From contig JBDTZX010000330.1 in assembly GCA_040004895.1 (NCBI GenBank), forward strand, positions 1 to 63,245: a stretch of 63,245 nucleotides of DNA, read 5' to 3'. Below are positions 38,455 to 47,258 of the stretch, one piece after another. Numbering within the stretch: the stretch's first letter is position 1; each line of letters begins with the position of its first letter. Source of the stretch: Rhodanobacter sp. GTDB lineage: Bacteria > Pseudomonadota > Gammaproteobacteria > Xanthomonadales > Rhodanobacteraceae. The notes under the pieces were generated by a model. That model was not told the origin of the DNA, made no database searches, and worked only from the letters and a program-made list of their open reading frames with translations. The position numbers and the translations under genes were made by a program.

Positions 38455-38890
38455 GGGTGAAATCTCCCCGCACGGTGTGCTGCACGGCCAAGACGATGTG
38501 GCCCATCGACAGCAGGATGACCGTGCAGATCGAAAGCCAGACGCTGGTGGGCACCACCTCGTAGGCATCGCGAGTGTGCACGAAGGCGTTGAAAATCGCC
38601 GCGACAATCGCCAGCAGGTTGAGCCAGAAGTCGAGCCTGTCGGCGCGTGTGGCGACATGTCGGGAGGTGATCCACACCTGCACCAGGTTGATCACTCGCG
38701 GGATCACCGCAAACAGCAGGCCGAGGGTGATCAGCCAGTCAGCGCTTTTCCCCCACATCACCACACCGGTGTTTGCGTAGGTGATGTCGAAGATCAGCCC
38801 CGCAACGAAGAATCCGAACGGGATCGGGTTGAGAAGGGCATAGATGGCGTTGGCCACCACGGAACGACGCGGCACGGCACGGGAGCTCAT
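38447..38890 (-). CDS. DUF2231-like four-TM membrane protein
   Basis: Four TMs; LNPIPFGFFV...FD; overlaps the dehydrogenase start. Confidence 0.75.
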   Translation of the reverse strand: MSSRAVPRRSVVANAIYALLNPIPFGFFVAGLIFDITYANTGVVMWGKSADWLITLGLLFAVIPRVINLVQVWITSRHVATRADRLDFWLNLLAIVAAIFNAFVHTRDAYEVVPTSVWLSICTVILLSMGHIVLAVQHTVRGDFTHE

Positions 38891-39127
38891 GACTGCTGTC
38901 TCGATGGGAAGAACGAGTTGGGCACAGGCCTGGGCATGGCGGTTGCCAGGGTTTGTCCGCGTCTGGGACGGACCGGCGCACGTTAGCCGCTTCAGTGTCT
39001 ACAGTTTGTCGGGACCGGCCGCGGTGCGGTATCGGGCGAAGGCGAGGGCCCGGATCAAGCGACCGATGGGGCCAGGCTCGCGGAGTGATCGCGCGCCGGC
39101 AACCGGTCGCTTTCACCGACTGACGCC

Positions 39128-40906
39128 TCAGGCTTCGGCCAGGCTGTCCTTCTCGATATCGGCGATGACGCGGTTGCGCCCGGCGCGCTTGGCACGATAG
39201 AGCGCGGCATCCGCTTCCATGCAAAGCCGCAGCAGTTCGTAGCCGGACGCGTCGTTGGAGGCCAGGCCGACGCTGGCGGAAATCGATATGACGCAGCCGT
39301 CTTTTTCCATCGGTGATGCGCCAATCGCCAGCCGGATGCGATTGGCGGTCTCCATGCCATGGGCGCGTGGGCACTCGTGCAGCAGGATGCCGAATTCCTC
39401 GCCGCCCAGACGACCAAACAGGTCGGTGGGGCGCAGTTGCTGCCGGCAGATGGCGACGGTATGTCTCAGCACCGCATCGCCCATGGCGTGACCATGGGTA
39501 TCGTTGACCTGCTTGAAGTGATCCAGATCGATCGATATCAGGCAGGCATGGCCGAGCTTTTTCTCCAGCAGGCGCAGGACGCGATCGGCCTCGCTGATGA
39601 AGTGCTGGTGGTTGAAAATGCCGGTGAGACTGTCGTGATGAGCCAGTCGCTTGAAGCCGAGCTGCGAGCGCTTGAGCCGGTAGAGCAAGAGCACGATGGA
39701 GGCGAGCATCACCAGCAGCAGGATGATATAGAGCCGGCTGGTCTCCACCGCCTTGGTATCCAGTGCCTGCTGCAGCCGCAGGATGTTGTTCTGCTTGCTC
39801 AGCGTTTCCGTCTCGAGCCTCTGCACCAGCATGTGCTGCTGGGCTGTGGCATAGGCCAGCGTCTTGGCGCTTATGTCGTTGAGATAACCCTTGTCCTGGG
39901 TGACGTATTGCTCGTAGTAGGAAAGAGCGGCCGCAGTGTCGCCTTGACGCTTTTCGATCTGGTAGAGCAGCTGGTACGCGTTCCGCAAAGGTTCGCTGTC
40001 TTCACTCTTGTTGATCGCTGATACGACTGCGAGAGCACGTTTTCTGGCTTGCGCATCGTCACCCAGCTTGGCGTATGTCTGGGCCAGCTCAACTTGCCAC
40101 GTTAGTATCTGCGCTTGGTAGTTGTTGTCATGGATGCTTTCGGCGATGTGGTTGAGCAGGGCCAGCGCCTTGTCGGGATGTCCCTCCTCCAGATATAAGC
40201 TGCCCAGGATCAGCCAAGTGAAGTTTGCGTATACCGGCTGGCCCGAGTTCTGGCAGGTATTGATAGCCTGCTGCAATTTGGGATTGGTTGAGGTCAGCCG
40301 CTTGCTGTAGTAGAGCGCACCGATTTCCTGGGTCAGCGGGTTGCATAGCGTTTCCCCGGCTGGAAGCGTGTCCTCCATCATCCCTGCGTATTTTATTGCC
40401 AGGTCATTTTGGCCGGCCGAACCCAGCAGCTGCGACAGGTTGTACAAGACGAGGAAACGGGCCAGCTTGTCTTTTATCTTCGGCAGATCTGTCGCTAGCT
40501 GGTTGGCTAGCTGGAAAGCCTCGCTGTAGCGATTGCTGATTCCCATATTGCTCATGAGCAGGGCCGATGCCTTGGCCGTCAGGACCGGGTTGCCCGAATG
40601 GTCGATCACATCCCGCAGTTGCCCTTCGGCTTTGCCGTAGTCGCCCTGAAAAGCGGTTTCCCACGCGTCGAGGTAACGCAGCTGCCATTGCTGGTCCGGC
40701 GACAAGTTCTGCGCCCCGCCATGAAGCTGTTCCAGCATGTAGGCAAACTGTCTATGGTCCTTGGTGCGCAGGCTTTCGGTGCGGTTGAGCAACTCGGCTG
40801 TATCGACCGCAGTCGAACTCGCTGCAGTGGCCTGCACGATCGCGCAGAAGCACACGGCCGCGAGTGCGGGCCATAGCCTGCGGCAACCGTGTACCCAGCG
40901 AGACAC
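39128..40906 (-). CDS. Diguanylate cyclase with periplasmic TPR-like sensor, one TM and GGDEF domain
   Basis: Probable GTG start 8 nt after the precursor stop; signal-like N-terminus; helical repeats; TM LYIILLLVMLASIVLLLY; DSLTG, DLDHFKQVNDTHGH, RPTD I-site and GRLGGEEF. Confidence 0.9.
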   Translation of the reverse strand: MSRWVHGCRRLWPALAAVCFCAIVQATAASSTAVDTAELLNRTESLRTKDHRQFAYMLEQLHGGAQNLSPDQQWQLRYLDAWETAFQGDYGKAEGQLRDVIDHSGNPVLTAKASALLMSNMGISNRYSEAFQLANQLATDLPKIKDKLARFLVLYNLSQLLGSAGQNDLAIKYAGMMEDTLPAGETLCNPLTQEIGALYYSKRLTSTNPKLQQAINTCQNSGQPVYANFTWLILGSLYLEEGHPDKALALLNHIAESIHDNNYQAQILTWQVELAQTYAKLGDDAQARKRALAVVSAINKSEDSEPLRNAYQLLYQIEKRQGDTAAALSYYEQYVTQDKGYLNDISAKTLAYATAQQHMLVQRLETETLSKQNNILRLQQALDTKAVETSRLYIILLLVMLASIVLLLYRLKRSQLGFKRLAHHDSLTGIFNHQHFISEADRVLRLLEKKLGHACLISIDLDHFKQVNDTHGHAMGDAVLRHTVAICRQQLRPTDLFGRLGGEEFGILLHECPRAHGMETANRIRLAIGASPMEKDGCVISISASVGLASNDASGYELLRLCMEADAALYRAKRAGRNRVIADIEKDSLAEA

Positions 40907-40914
40907 GTCTGTGC

Positions 40915-41202
40915 CTAACCTGGGAGCTGGGGCTGATCGCGGTCGGGGCTTACCGGACGCGGTGCGTCGTCGTCGTCGTCCTGCTCTTCTTCCTCGTGGC
41001 CGGGCCCCTGAGTATGAGGAAGCTCCATTGGCTTGTGTCCGAACTCTTCGAAGAGCCAAACCTTGTCACCGGAAGCCACTGCAGCCTTGAGCGCTTCGGA
41101 TGCCTGGGCTTGCTCAAGAACTTCCACCAGTTCATCTGCGGATGCATGACGCAGCGCCGCGTTCTGGCCTATGGATACCAATAGATCGATCGTGTCTGAC
41201 AT
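40915..41202 (-). CDS. Putative split-borosin RiPP precursor (SonA-like N-terminal binding domain, acidic C-terminal tail), 95 aa
   Basis: MSDTIDLLVSIGQNAAL...AVASGD..L...G resembles Shewanella SonA as I recall it (MSGLSDFFTQLGQDAQL...AVMTGD..L...G). It lies directly downstream of the methyltransferase and has a strong RBS. Confidence 0.75.
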   Translation of the reverse strand: MSDTIDLLVSIGQNAALRHASADELVEVLEQAQASEALKAAVASGDKVWLFEEFGHKPMELPHTQGPGHEEEEQDDDDDAPRPVSPDRDQPQLPG

Positions 41203-41275
41203 GTTTCCCCCTGTTTCCCTGTTTCCCCAATCCTCAAGCATGCGCTTGAGGCGTGTTCCAGGCCAACGTTGCGCG

Positions 41276-42103
41276 TCAGGCCATGGCAGTTTCTTCATCC
41301 AGCGCTTTCAGCCTTGCGCGGACGACGAGATTTTGTTTCAACGGAGCGGCAGGCGGCAACACCACCGTCTCTTCGGTTGTAATCCGGGTATGCGGCAACT
41401 CGCGCAGCGTCACGCGGCGGATTTCCGGCCTCTGGATCGGCAAGGTGGCTCCGCGATAGACGAACACTTCATGGTCGAGCGGATAATCCTGGCTCAACAC
41501 GTCCACCAGCACCTGACGATAGGCCGGGCCCGTGGAAAAGCGCTTCAACGACAGATCGCCGACCAGCCCGACCTGCCACAACACCAGGTAACCGGTGGGG
41601 TCGATGCGTCGTTCGTAGAAAAGCAGCTGACTGGCCTCGAAGTGCTGACAGCCGAAGCGGCCGGGATCGATGCCCAGATCGGCGTAGAGGCAGTCCTCGG
41701 CGGAAATGCCGGGTTCCATATGCGCTTCGAACCCCTCCGCGCGGGCGATCTCGATGGCCTTGTGCGGCGACCACGCAAAGATGCCGGGATGTCCGTAGAA
41801 CACCCCGCAAACCTTCTTGCCGGCACGCACCTCGGTCATCATCAGGTCGACCCACTGCCGATAGGTCTTCATCCGTGACTTGCCCTTGCCGTAGTAGGGC
41901 TGCAGGCTGCGCACATCCGGGTGCAAGCGCTCCAGCCACAGTTCCACCACGCCATCGGAAAGGCCGGCAAACACCACATCCGCCTGCTCGATGTGGCTGC
42001 GCGCCAGCGGCGTCAGGTGAGAGCCCAGGGTCATGCCCATGCCAACGCAGGCCAGACTGCCGCGCTGCACACCGTTGGTCAATGGAAGAGCCGATGTTGT
42101 CAT
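41276..42103 (-). CDS. Borosin peptide alpha-N-methyltransferase (SonM/OphMA-like, tetrapyrrole methylase fold)
   Basis: GSLACVG.G, YY..GKSR..TY, FYGHPGIF, PGISAEDCLYADLGIDPG..GCQ.FEAS, LWQVG.VGD and YP.DHEV..Y, which are the borosin methyltransferase motifs. Confidence 0.9.
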   Translation of the reverse strand: MTTSALPLTNGVQRGSLACVGMGMTLGSHLTPLARSHIEQADVVFAGLSDGVVELWLERLHPDVRSLQPYYGKGKSRMKTYRQWVDLMMTEVRAGKKVCGVFYGHPGIFAWSPHKAIEIARAEGFEAHMEPGISAEDCLYADLGIDPGRFGCQHFEASQLLFYERRIDPTGYLVLWQVGLVGDLSLKRFSTGPAYRQVLVDVLSQDYPLDHEVFVYRGATLPIQRPEIRRVTLRELPHTRITTEETVVLPPAAPLKQNLVVRARLKALDEETAMA

Positions 42104-42188
42104 TGCGTGATAGTAGGGCAATTTCCCGCCGTTGAAGCGGGTCGCCATGCAACATCGGATCCGGCCGGCCAAGGTTGAGGCGGGCCTC

Positions 42189-42737
42189 TTAGTTCTTCTC
42201 GAGCGCCTTCACCGCAGCCAGCGTTTCCTGCACGTGTTTGGTCGGGCTGAGCGCCGAATAGACATGGGTGATTTTTCCGGACGGGGCGATCACGTAGGAT
42301 GTGCGGTCCGACCAGCCCGGCCGCAGCAACAGCATGGCGTCGTATTGCTTGGCGATCTTCGCGCCTTCGTCGGCGGCGACCGGGAACTTGCCGCCGCAGT
42401 GCTCGGTTTCCTTTGAGAAAGCCGCCAGCTCGGTGGTGTTGCCGGCGGTGACGCCGATCACCGTGGCGTGCAGCGCCTTGAACTGGCCGATCGCCTCGGA
42501 GAACAGATGCGCCTCGATGTTGCAACCCGAGGTATGCGCGGCAGGGAAGAAGTACACCACCACCGGGCCCTGCTTCAGCGCGTCGGCGAGCTTGAACGTG
42601 AATGGCTTCCCGGCGAGATAGGCGGGCGCGGAGAAGTCGGGCGCCTGGGTGCCTTCCTTCAGGGCGGCGAAAGCCGGCGCCGCCAGCGTGGCGCTGACGA
42701 CAAGAGCGAGAGCGGCGAATTTGATCGAAGACTTCAT
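42189..42737 (-). CDS. Periplasmic peroxiredoxin (BCP/AhpC-TSA family)
   Basis: Signal peptide; FFPAAHTSGC (PxxxTxxC); RTSYVI...G.I. Confidence 0.88.
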   Translation of the reverse strand: MKSSIKFAALALVVSATLAAPAFAALKEGTQAPDFSAPAYLAGKPFTFKLADALKQGPVVVYFFPAAHTSGCNIEAHLFSEAIGQFKALHATVIGVTAGNTTELAAFSKETEHCGGKFPVAADEGAKIAKQYDAMLLLRPGWSDRTSYVIAPSGKITHVYSALSPTKHVQETLAAVKALEKN

Positions 42738-42852
42738 GGGCGTGGTTCCTGCGCTGATGGGCAGCGGGTGGGGAAGGGCAAGAGGTTTATACGCCAGAAT
42801 GGGCCGGATGGATGTCGCGGGTCGTCCGTGGCCATTCACAGGGGGATTGCCA

Positions 42853-43080
42853 ATGACGCTGAGTCGACGCGACTTTCTTGCCGGCACCCCGGCGGCCCTC
42901 GCCGGTTTTGGTCTGATGCAGGCGCCAGTCAGCAGTCGCACGATCGCCCTGGTGGGTGACACCCCGCCGCTGGAGTCGGCGCGGCAACTGGTGCATCTGG
43001 TGGAAACCCATCCGGCAGTGGCCGACAACTATCTCGTGGATGGTGCCGTCGATGCGCTGGAGAAGGCCATGGCGGCATGG
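42853..43080 (+). pseudogene. 5' remnant of a Tat-exported protein, possibly threonine-aldolase-like
   Basis: GGGGGA RBS; Tat signal MTLSRRDFLAG; DNYLVDGAVDALEKAMAA resembles the DxY..GG.V..LE..A start of beta-eliminating lyase/threonine aldolase proteins. Similarity then ends and the frame stops at 43182. Confidence 0.5.
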
Positions 43081-43195
43081 CGCTGTTCGAGATGCGCGGA
43101 GGCAGGGTCATCCATGTCGGGTTCGGCCCGGCAGCGTAGGGCAGGCAGGGCGACGGCCTATTCAAATCAGCGTGCCGGCTGACGTCACAGTCGGT

Positions 43196-44038
43196 TCAAC
43201 GCCGTATCGCCAGCACGCCATCCAGCGCGAGCTGTGCCTTGAAGCCGGCCTTCTCCAATCGCTTCGCCACTTCACGCGGAACGTCGCGGCCGCTGGTGAG
43301 CTTGTTCGGGCTGCCGGTGTAGTGGAACATCCGGCCGCCGCGACGAAGCACGCGCGCCAGCTGATCGTAGAACGCCTGCGAGTACAGCTCGCCGGCGATG
43401 CCGAAGCGCGGCGGGTCGTGCAGCAGCGCATCCACCGAGGCATCGGCCATCTGCGCGATCGCCTGCGACACGTCGGCATGGGTGAGTTGCAGACGGCCAT
43501 TGCTGGTCGCCGCGTCTGGATCAGGCGACCACGGGTTGAGCGTGCGCAGCCACAGCACGTCGGCGTTCTTCTCGAACGAGTGGATGCGCACCACGTCGGC
43601 CTCGAGACAGCACGCGGCGAAATAGCCCAGGCCGCCGCAGGTATCCAGCAGCACCTTGCCGCACGGCTCGACCAGCGCCACCTTGCGGCGCGCATCCTCG
43701 AACGGCGATTCCTTCGCGGTGGGCAGCATCTTGATGCCGTCGATCTCGAAGGTGGGCGCTCCCCACTCGGTCGGCACCAGCTTGATCATTGAATCGGCAA
43801 AACGCGACACCGGCTCGAACGCGTCGCCGTCCCAGTAGTAGATGGTGCGATCTTTCAGCGAGGACGGATACGCGTAATGCTGGCCGCGCCAATGCCATGC
43901 ATCGGGGTGCAACTGCACGCTGTCACGCGAGCGTTCCAGATCCAGTGAGCCGATCCATTCGTCGGCACTGGCATCGCGCGCGGCCAGCAGTGCGTCGGCA
44001 GCGGCACGTGTGAGCAGAGGGCCGGAATAACGCGACAT
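43196..44038 (-). CDS. Class I SAM-dependent methyltransferase (COG2521/MnmC-like)
   Basis: PTFEIDGIKM, LDTCGGLGY, NPWS, HDPPRF.IAGELYS and FHYTG.P. Confidence 0.85.
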   Translation of the reverse strand: MSRYSGPLLTRAAADALLAARDASADEWIGSLDLERSRDSVQLHPDAWHWRGQHYAYPSSLKDRTIYYWDGDAFEPVSRFADSMIKLVPTEWGAPTFEIDGIKMLPTAKESPFEDARRKVALVEPCGKVLLDTCGGLGYFAACCLEADVVRIHSFEKNADVLWLRTLNPWSPDPDAATSNGRLQLTHADVSQAIAQMADASVDALLHDPPRFGIAGELYSQAFYDQLARVLRRGGRMFHYTGSPNKLTSGRDVPREVAKRLEKAGFKAQLALDGVLAIRR

Positions 44039-44105
44039 GAGTCGATATGTCTCGAAGCAGCGGAGGTGAGGATTGATCCTAACCTCGCGCTGCACCCTCG
44101 ACCAG

Positions 44106-44504
44106 CTATCGGCTGGCGTTCACCACTTTCCATCCCTCGTCTTGAGGCTTCAGACGCAAGCCGTGGTAGCGGCAAACATCGAAGCGCGGGTAGAGCAGGT
44201 TGTGATCATCGCCAAATGACACGCGGATATCGCGCAGGCATCCGCCGGCAGGCACATCGAAAGTCATCGACGTCAGGCCACCTTGCAGCGGCCCGTCGAG
44301 CGCAATGTCGTGGAAGGCATCGCTGCCAGCTGGCGCGATCGCCAGCGTGGTCACGCTGTCGAAGGTGGCGTTGACCAGATTGAAGTGTCGCGCGGGGCTG
44401 CGTGCGGCACGCGTTTGAGCGGCGCCGGCAGTTGCAACGACAAGCAAGTTGCACAGGGCGATGGCGAGCATCGGAAGCAGGGCGGTGGCGCGGGTCGGAT
44501 TCAT
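44106..44504 (-). CDS. Secreted hypothetical protein
   Basis: Signal peptide; F.LVNAT..SV and a Cys pair (GGCLRD...FDVC). Confidence 0.7.
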   Translation of the reverse strand: MNPTRATALLPMLAIALCNLLVVATAGAAQTRAARSPARHFNLVNATFDSVTTLAIAPAGSDAFHDIALDGPLQGGLTSMTFDVPAGGCLRDIRVSFGDDHNLLYPRFDVCRYHGLRLKPQDEGWKVVNASR

Positions 44505-44717
44505 GAGGGGCTCCGGCAGAGTGAGGGGCTGCCGGAGGCTCGCGTTGTCACGCGCAGCCGATCGGCGCCGTCATCTGGCCGGATGCGCAAGCTCCGATGA
44601 AAGCCTTTTGGGGCCAATCGTCGTAGCGCGGTGGCGAATCGTAGTGGCGTCACAGTTTCCTTTTCAGCGCCGCGTGCTGCGCCTAGGATGGCCCATCACT
44701 CAACGGAACATCCCGCG

Positions 44718-45857
44718 ATGAAGGTTCGCCTCGGCAGCACGCAGATCGGTCTGGCCCGTTACCTGGCCCTATGGGGCGCGGTGGTGGTGGTGTTCGCCGT
44801 GCAGGGTTTCATGCAGGACGTGATCATCGGCAAAACCTGGCCGGCCTTCGACTACCTGCGCTGGTCGGTCATCGAGTGGTACACGTGGGCGGCAATGACG
44901 CCATGGGTATTCCGGCTGGCAGCCAAGTATCCGATCCAGTCGCCGTTCCGCTTGCGCGGGCTGGGCATGCAACTGGTGGCAAGCGTGGGCATGTCGCTGC
45001 TGGTGATCTTCATCGGTGCGCTCGTGTCGACCGCGTTCGAGCCCAGTTCCTTCGGTGAGCAGATCAAGATATTTATCGGCCAGCATTTCGCGACGGATTT
45101 GCTTGCCTACTGGTCACTCTTCGCGATTCAGCAGGCCATGCAGTTTCATGCCGAAAAGACCCGTCGCGAAGTCGAGGCGAGCCAGCTGGAAGCCGAGCTT
45201 GCTCAATCCCGGCTGCAGGTGTTGAAGACACAGCTGCAGCCGCACTTTCTTTTCAACACGCTGCACGCGATCGCCACGCTGCTGCACGAGGACACCCTTT
45301 CGGCGGAGGACATGCTGCTGCGCCTGAGCGACCTGCTGCGTGCCTTTCTCGAAGATCATGATGGCCATGAAGTGAGCCTGCGGCGCGAGCTGGTGCTGCT
45401 GGATCTTTACCTCGGCATCCAGCGCACGCGCTTCAAGGATCGTCTGACCACGCAGGTCTACGTGGCCCCCGACGCGCTCGATTGCGCCGTGCCCAGCCTG
45501 ATCCTGCAGCCGATCGTGGAGAACGCCATCGCCCATGGCATCAGTCAGCGTGTGGGCGCGGACTGCATCGAGATCGAAGCCCGGCGCGAGGGCGACAGCC
45601 TGTGCATCGATGTGCGCAACCGCAACAGCACATTGGAGGCCGGTACGCCGGAGGCCGGACCAGCGTCGGCGTTCGCATCGACTTCGGGGCATGGCATCGG
45701 TCTGTCAAATACCGCGCTGCGTCTGCGCGAGCTGTATGGCGACATCGCCCAGGTGCGCCTGGAAATGATCTGGCCGCAAGGCGTGATCTGCCGGCTTCGC
45801 CTGCCATTCCGCGATATCGAGGAGACTGACGACGCGCCCGAGGTCACCCCGGCATGA
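44718..45857 (+). CDS. LytS/YehU-type sensor histidine kinase
   Basis: Four TMs; QLQPHFLFNTLH, LQPIVENAIAHG and GHGIGLSN...RL..LYG. Confidence 0.92.
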   Translation: MKVRLGSTQIGLARYLALWGAVVVVFAVQGFMQDVIIGKTWPAFDYLRWSVIEWYTWAAMTPWVFRLAAKYPIQSPFRLRGLGMQLVASVGMSLLVIFIGALVSTAFEPSSFGEQIKIFIGQHFATDLLAYWSLFAIQQAMQFHAEKTRREVEASQLEAELAQSRLQVLKTQLQPHFLFNTLHAIATLLHEDTLSAEDMLLRLSDLLRAFLEDHDGHEVSLRRELVLLDLYLGIQRTRFKDRLTTQVYVAPDALDCAVPSLILQPIVENAIAHGISQRVGADCIEIEARREGDSLCIDVRNRNSTLEAGTPEAGPASAFASTSGHGIGLSNTALRLRELYGDIAQVRLEMIWPQGVICRLRLPFRDIEETDDAPEVTPA

Positions 45858-46642
45858 GCATGGGTGCGCTGGTGGTGGACGACGAGCCGATTGCGCGCCG
45901 CGCGATCGTGCGTCTGTTGCGCGACGACCCGGACATCGAGCTGCTCGGTGAATGCGGTGACGGCGCGTCAGCGGTGGAGGCGATACGCAGCCAGTCTCCT
46001 GATCTGGTCTTCCTGGATATCCAGATGCCCGCGATCAATGGCTTGGACGTGGTGGCGGCGATTGGCGTGGAGCGCATGCCGGCCACGGTCTTCGTGACGG
46101 CGTTCGAGCAGTACGCAGTGCGGGCGTTCGAGGCCAACGCGGTGGATTACCTGGTGAAGCCGTTCAGTCGCGAGCGTTTCATCAGCACCTTGCGCCGGGT
46201 GAAGGCGCGGCTTTCCACTGACGACGGTGCAGGTGGCGCCGCTTCAGCGAGGATCCTGCACGCGCTCGACGCATTGCGTCAGCGCGATGATTATCTGCTG
46301 CGACTTCCGGTGCGCATCGACGAGCACATCACTTTCATCGACGTCGACGACATTGTATGGATCAAGGCCAGCGGCAACAGCGTGCAGATCCACCGGGCCG
46401 ATGGCGTGCACGAAATGCGCGAGACCATGAATGCACTTGCTGCACGCCTCGATCCGCGGCATTTCGCGCGGGTGCACCGCTCGGCGATCATCAACGTGCG
46501 CCGCATCCAGGCAATCCACCCGTGGTTCAGCGGCCACCACGTGGTCACCATGGATACCGGGCAGAAGCTGCGCATGAGCCGTTATCAGCACGAGACTTTT
46601 TTGCGCCTTGTCTCACTGCGCGGAGGCAAGGCGGCGGAGTAG
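45854..46642 (+). CDS. LytTR-family response regulator
   Basis: VVDDE, FLDIQMP, FVTAF, DYLVKP and FARVHRSAIIN; ATGA overlap with the kinase. Confidence 0.93.
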   Translation: MSMGALVVDDEPIARRAIVRLLRDDPDIELLGECGDGASAVEAIRSQSPDLVFLDIQMPAINGLDVVAAIGVERMPATVFVTAFEQYAVRAFEANAVDYLVKPFSRERFISTLRRVKARLSTDDGAGGAASARILHALDALRQRDDYLLRLPVRIDEHITFIDVDDIVWIKASGNSVQIHRADGVHEMRETMNALAARLDPRHFARVHRSAIINVRRIQAIHPWFSGHHVVTMDTGQKLRMSRYQHETFLRLVSLRGGKAAE

Positions 46643-46663
46643 AGGCGCACGCCACCCACGCAG

Positions 46664-47053
46664 TCAGTGCTGATCGTCGGCCATCGGCTGGACCAGGGCG
46701 AGAATATTTCCCTCGCTGTCCTTGAACCACGCGGCCTTGGCGCCGCCGCCGGTGACGATGCCGTCGGCGTCCTCGCCGGGCATCCCGTAGTGCTCGAAGC
46801 GCACACCGCGTGCCTTGAGCGCTGCGACTTCACGCACCACGTTTGTCACGGTCCAGAACGCCTGGCTCGCCTGCGAGGTGCCGGCGTTGGGCGTGGGGTA
46901 GAGAAACGCGGTGGTGCCATTGCCGAAAACGTAGGTGACGCCGCCCGCATTCTCGCTGCCTGGCGCGAAACCCAGCGTGTCTTCGTAAAACGACCGCGCT
47001 CGCGCGACATCGCGGGCGGGCAGATAGGCGTGGATCGGATGGTCCTGCAGCAT
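46664..47053 (-). CDS. VOC family protein
   Basis: ARSFYEDTLG and AAWFKDSEGNIL; GGGAG RBS. Confidence 0.88.
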   Translation of the reverse strand: MLQDHPIHAYLPARDVARARSFYEDTLGFAPGSENAGGVTYVFGNGTTAFLYPTPNAGTSQASQAFWTVTNVVREVAALKARGVRFEHYGMPGEDADGIVTGGGAKAAWFKDSEGNILALVQPMADDQH

Positions 47054-47098
47054 GATTGCTCTCCCTGGTTTGCACGTCGACGAGGTGTACATCAGGAC

Positions 47099-47125
47099 GA
47101 CGAACAGGAACGGATGAGGTCGACA
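47099..47125 (-). promoter_or_regulatory. ECF42-like promoter copy 3 (TGTCGA-N16-TCGTC) upstream of VOC gene
   Basis: Exact motif, about 45 bp upstream of the ATG. Confidence 0.75.
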
Positions 47126-47258
47126 TACGCGAAGCTCCGCACATTTGTCGTTCAGCTATAGTCGTTCGAGCGTACGTCAACGCGCGGTTCGGCGACGAAA
47201 GAGATCAAAGGCCAAATCATATTGGCGACGATGAAAAACCGACAGGTGGACGTACCAC

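Noticed and set aside
40966-40996. (CGT)n and (CTT)n triplet runs
   Set aside because: They simply encode the poly-Asp/Glu tract of the precursor and are not an independent repeat element.
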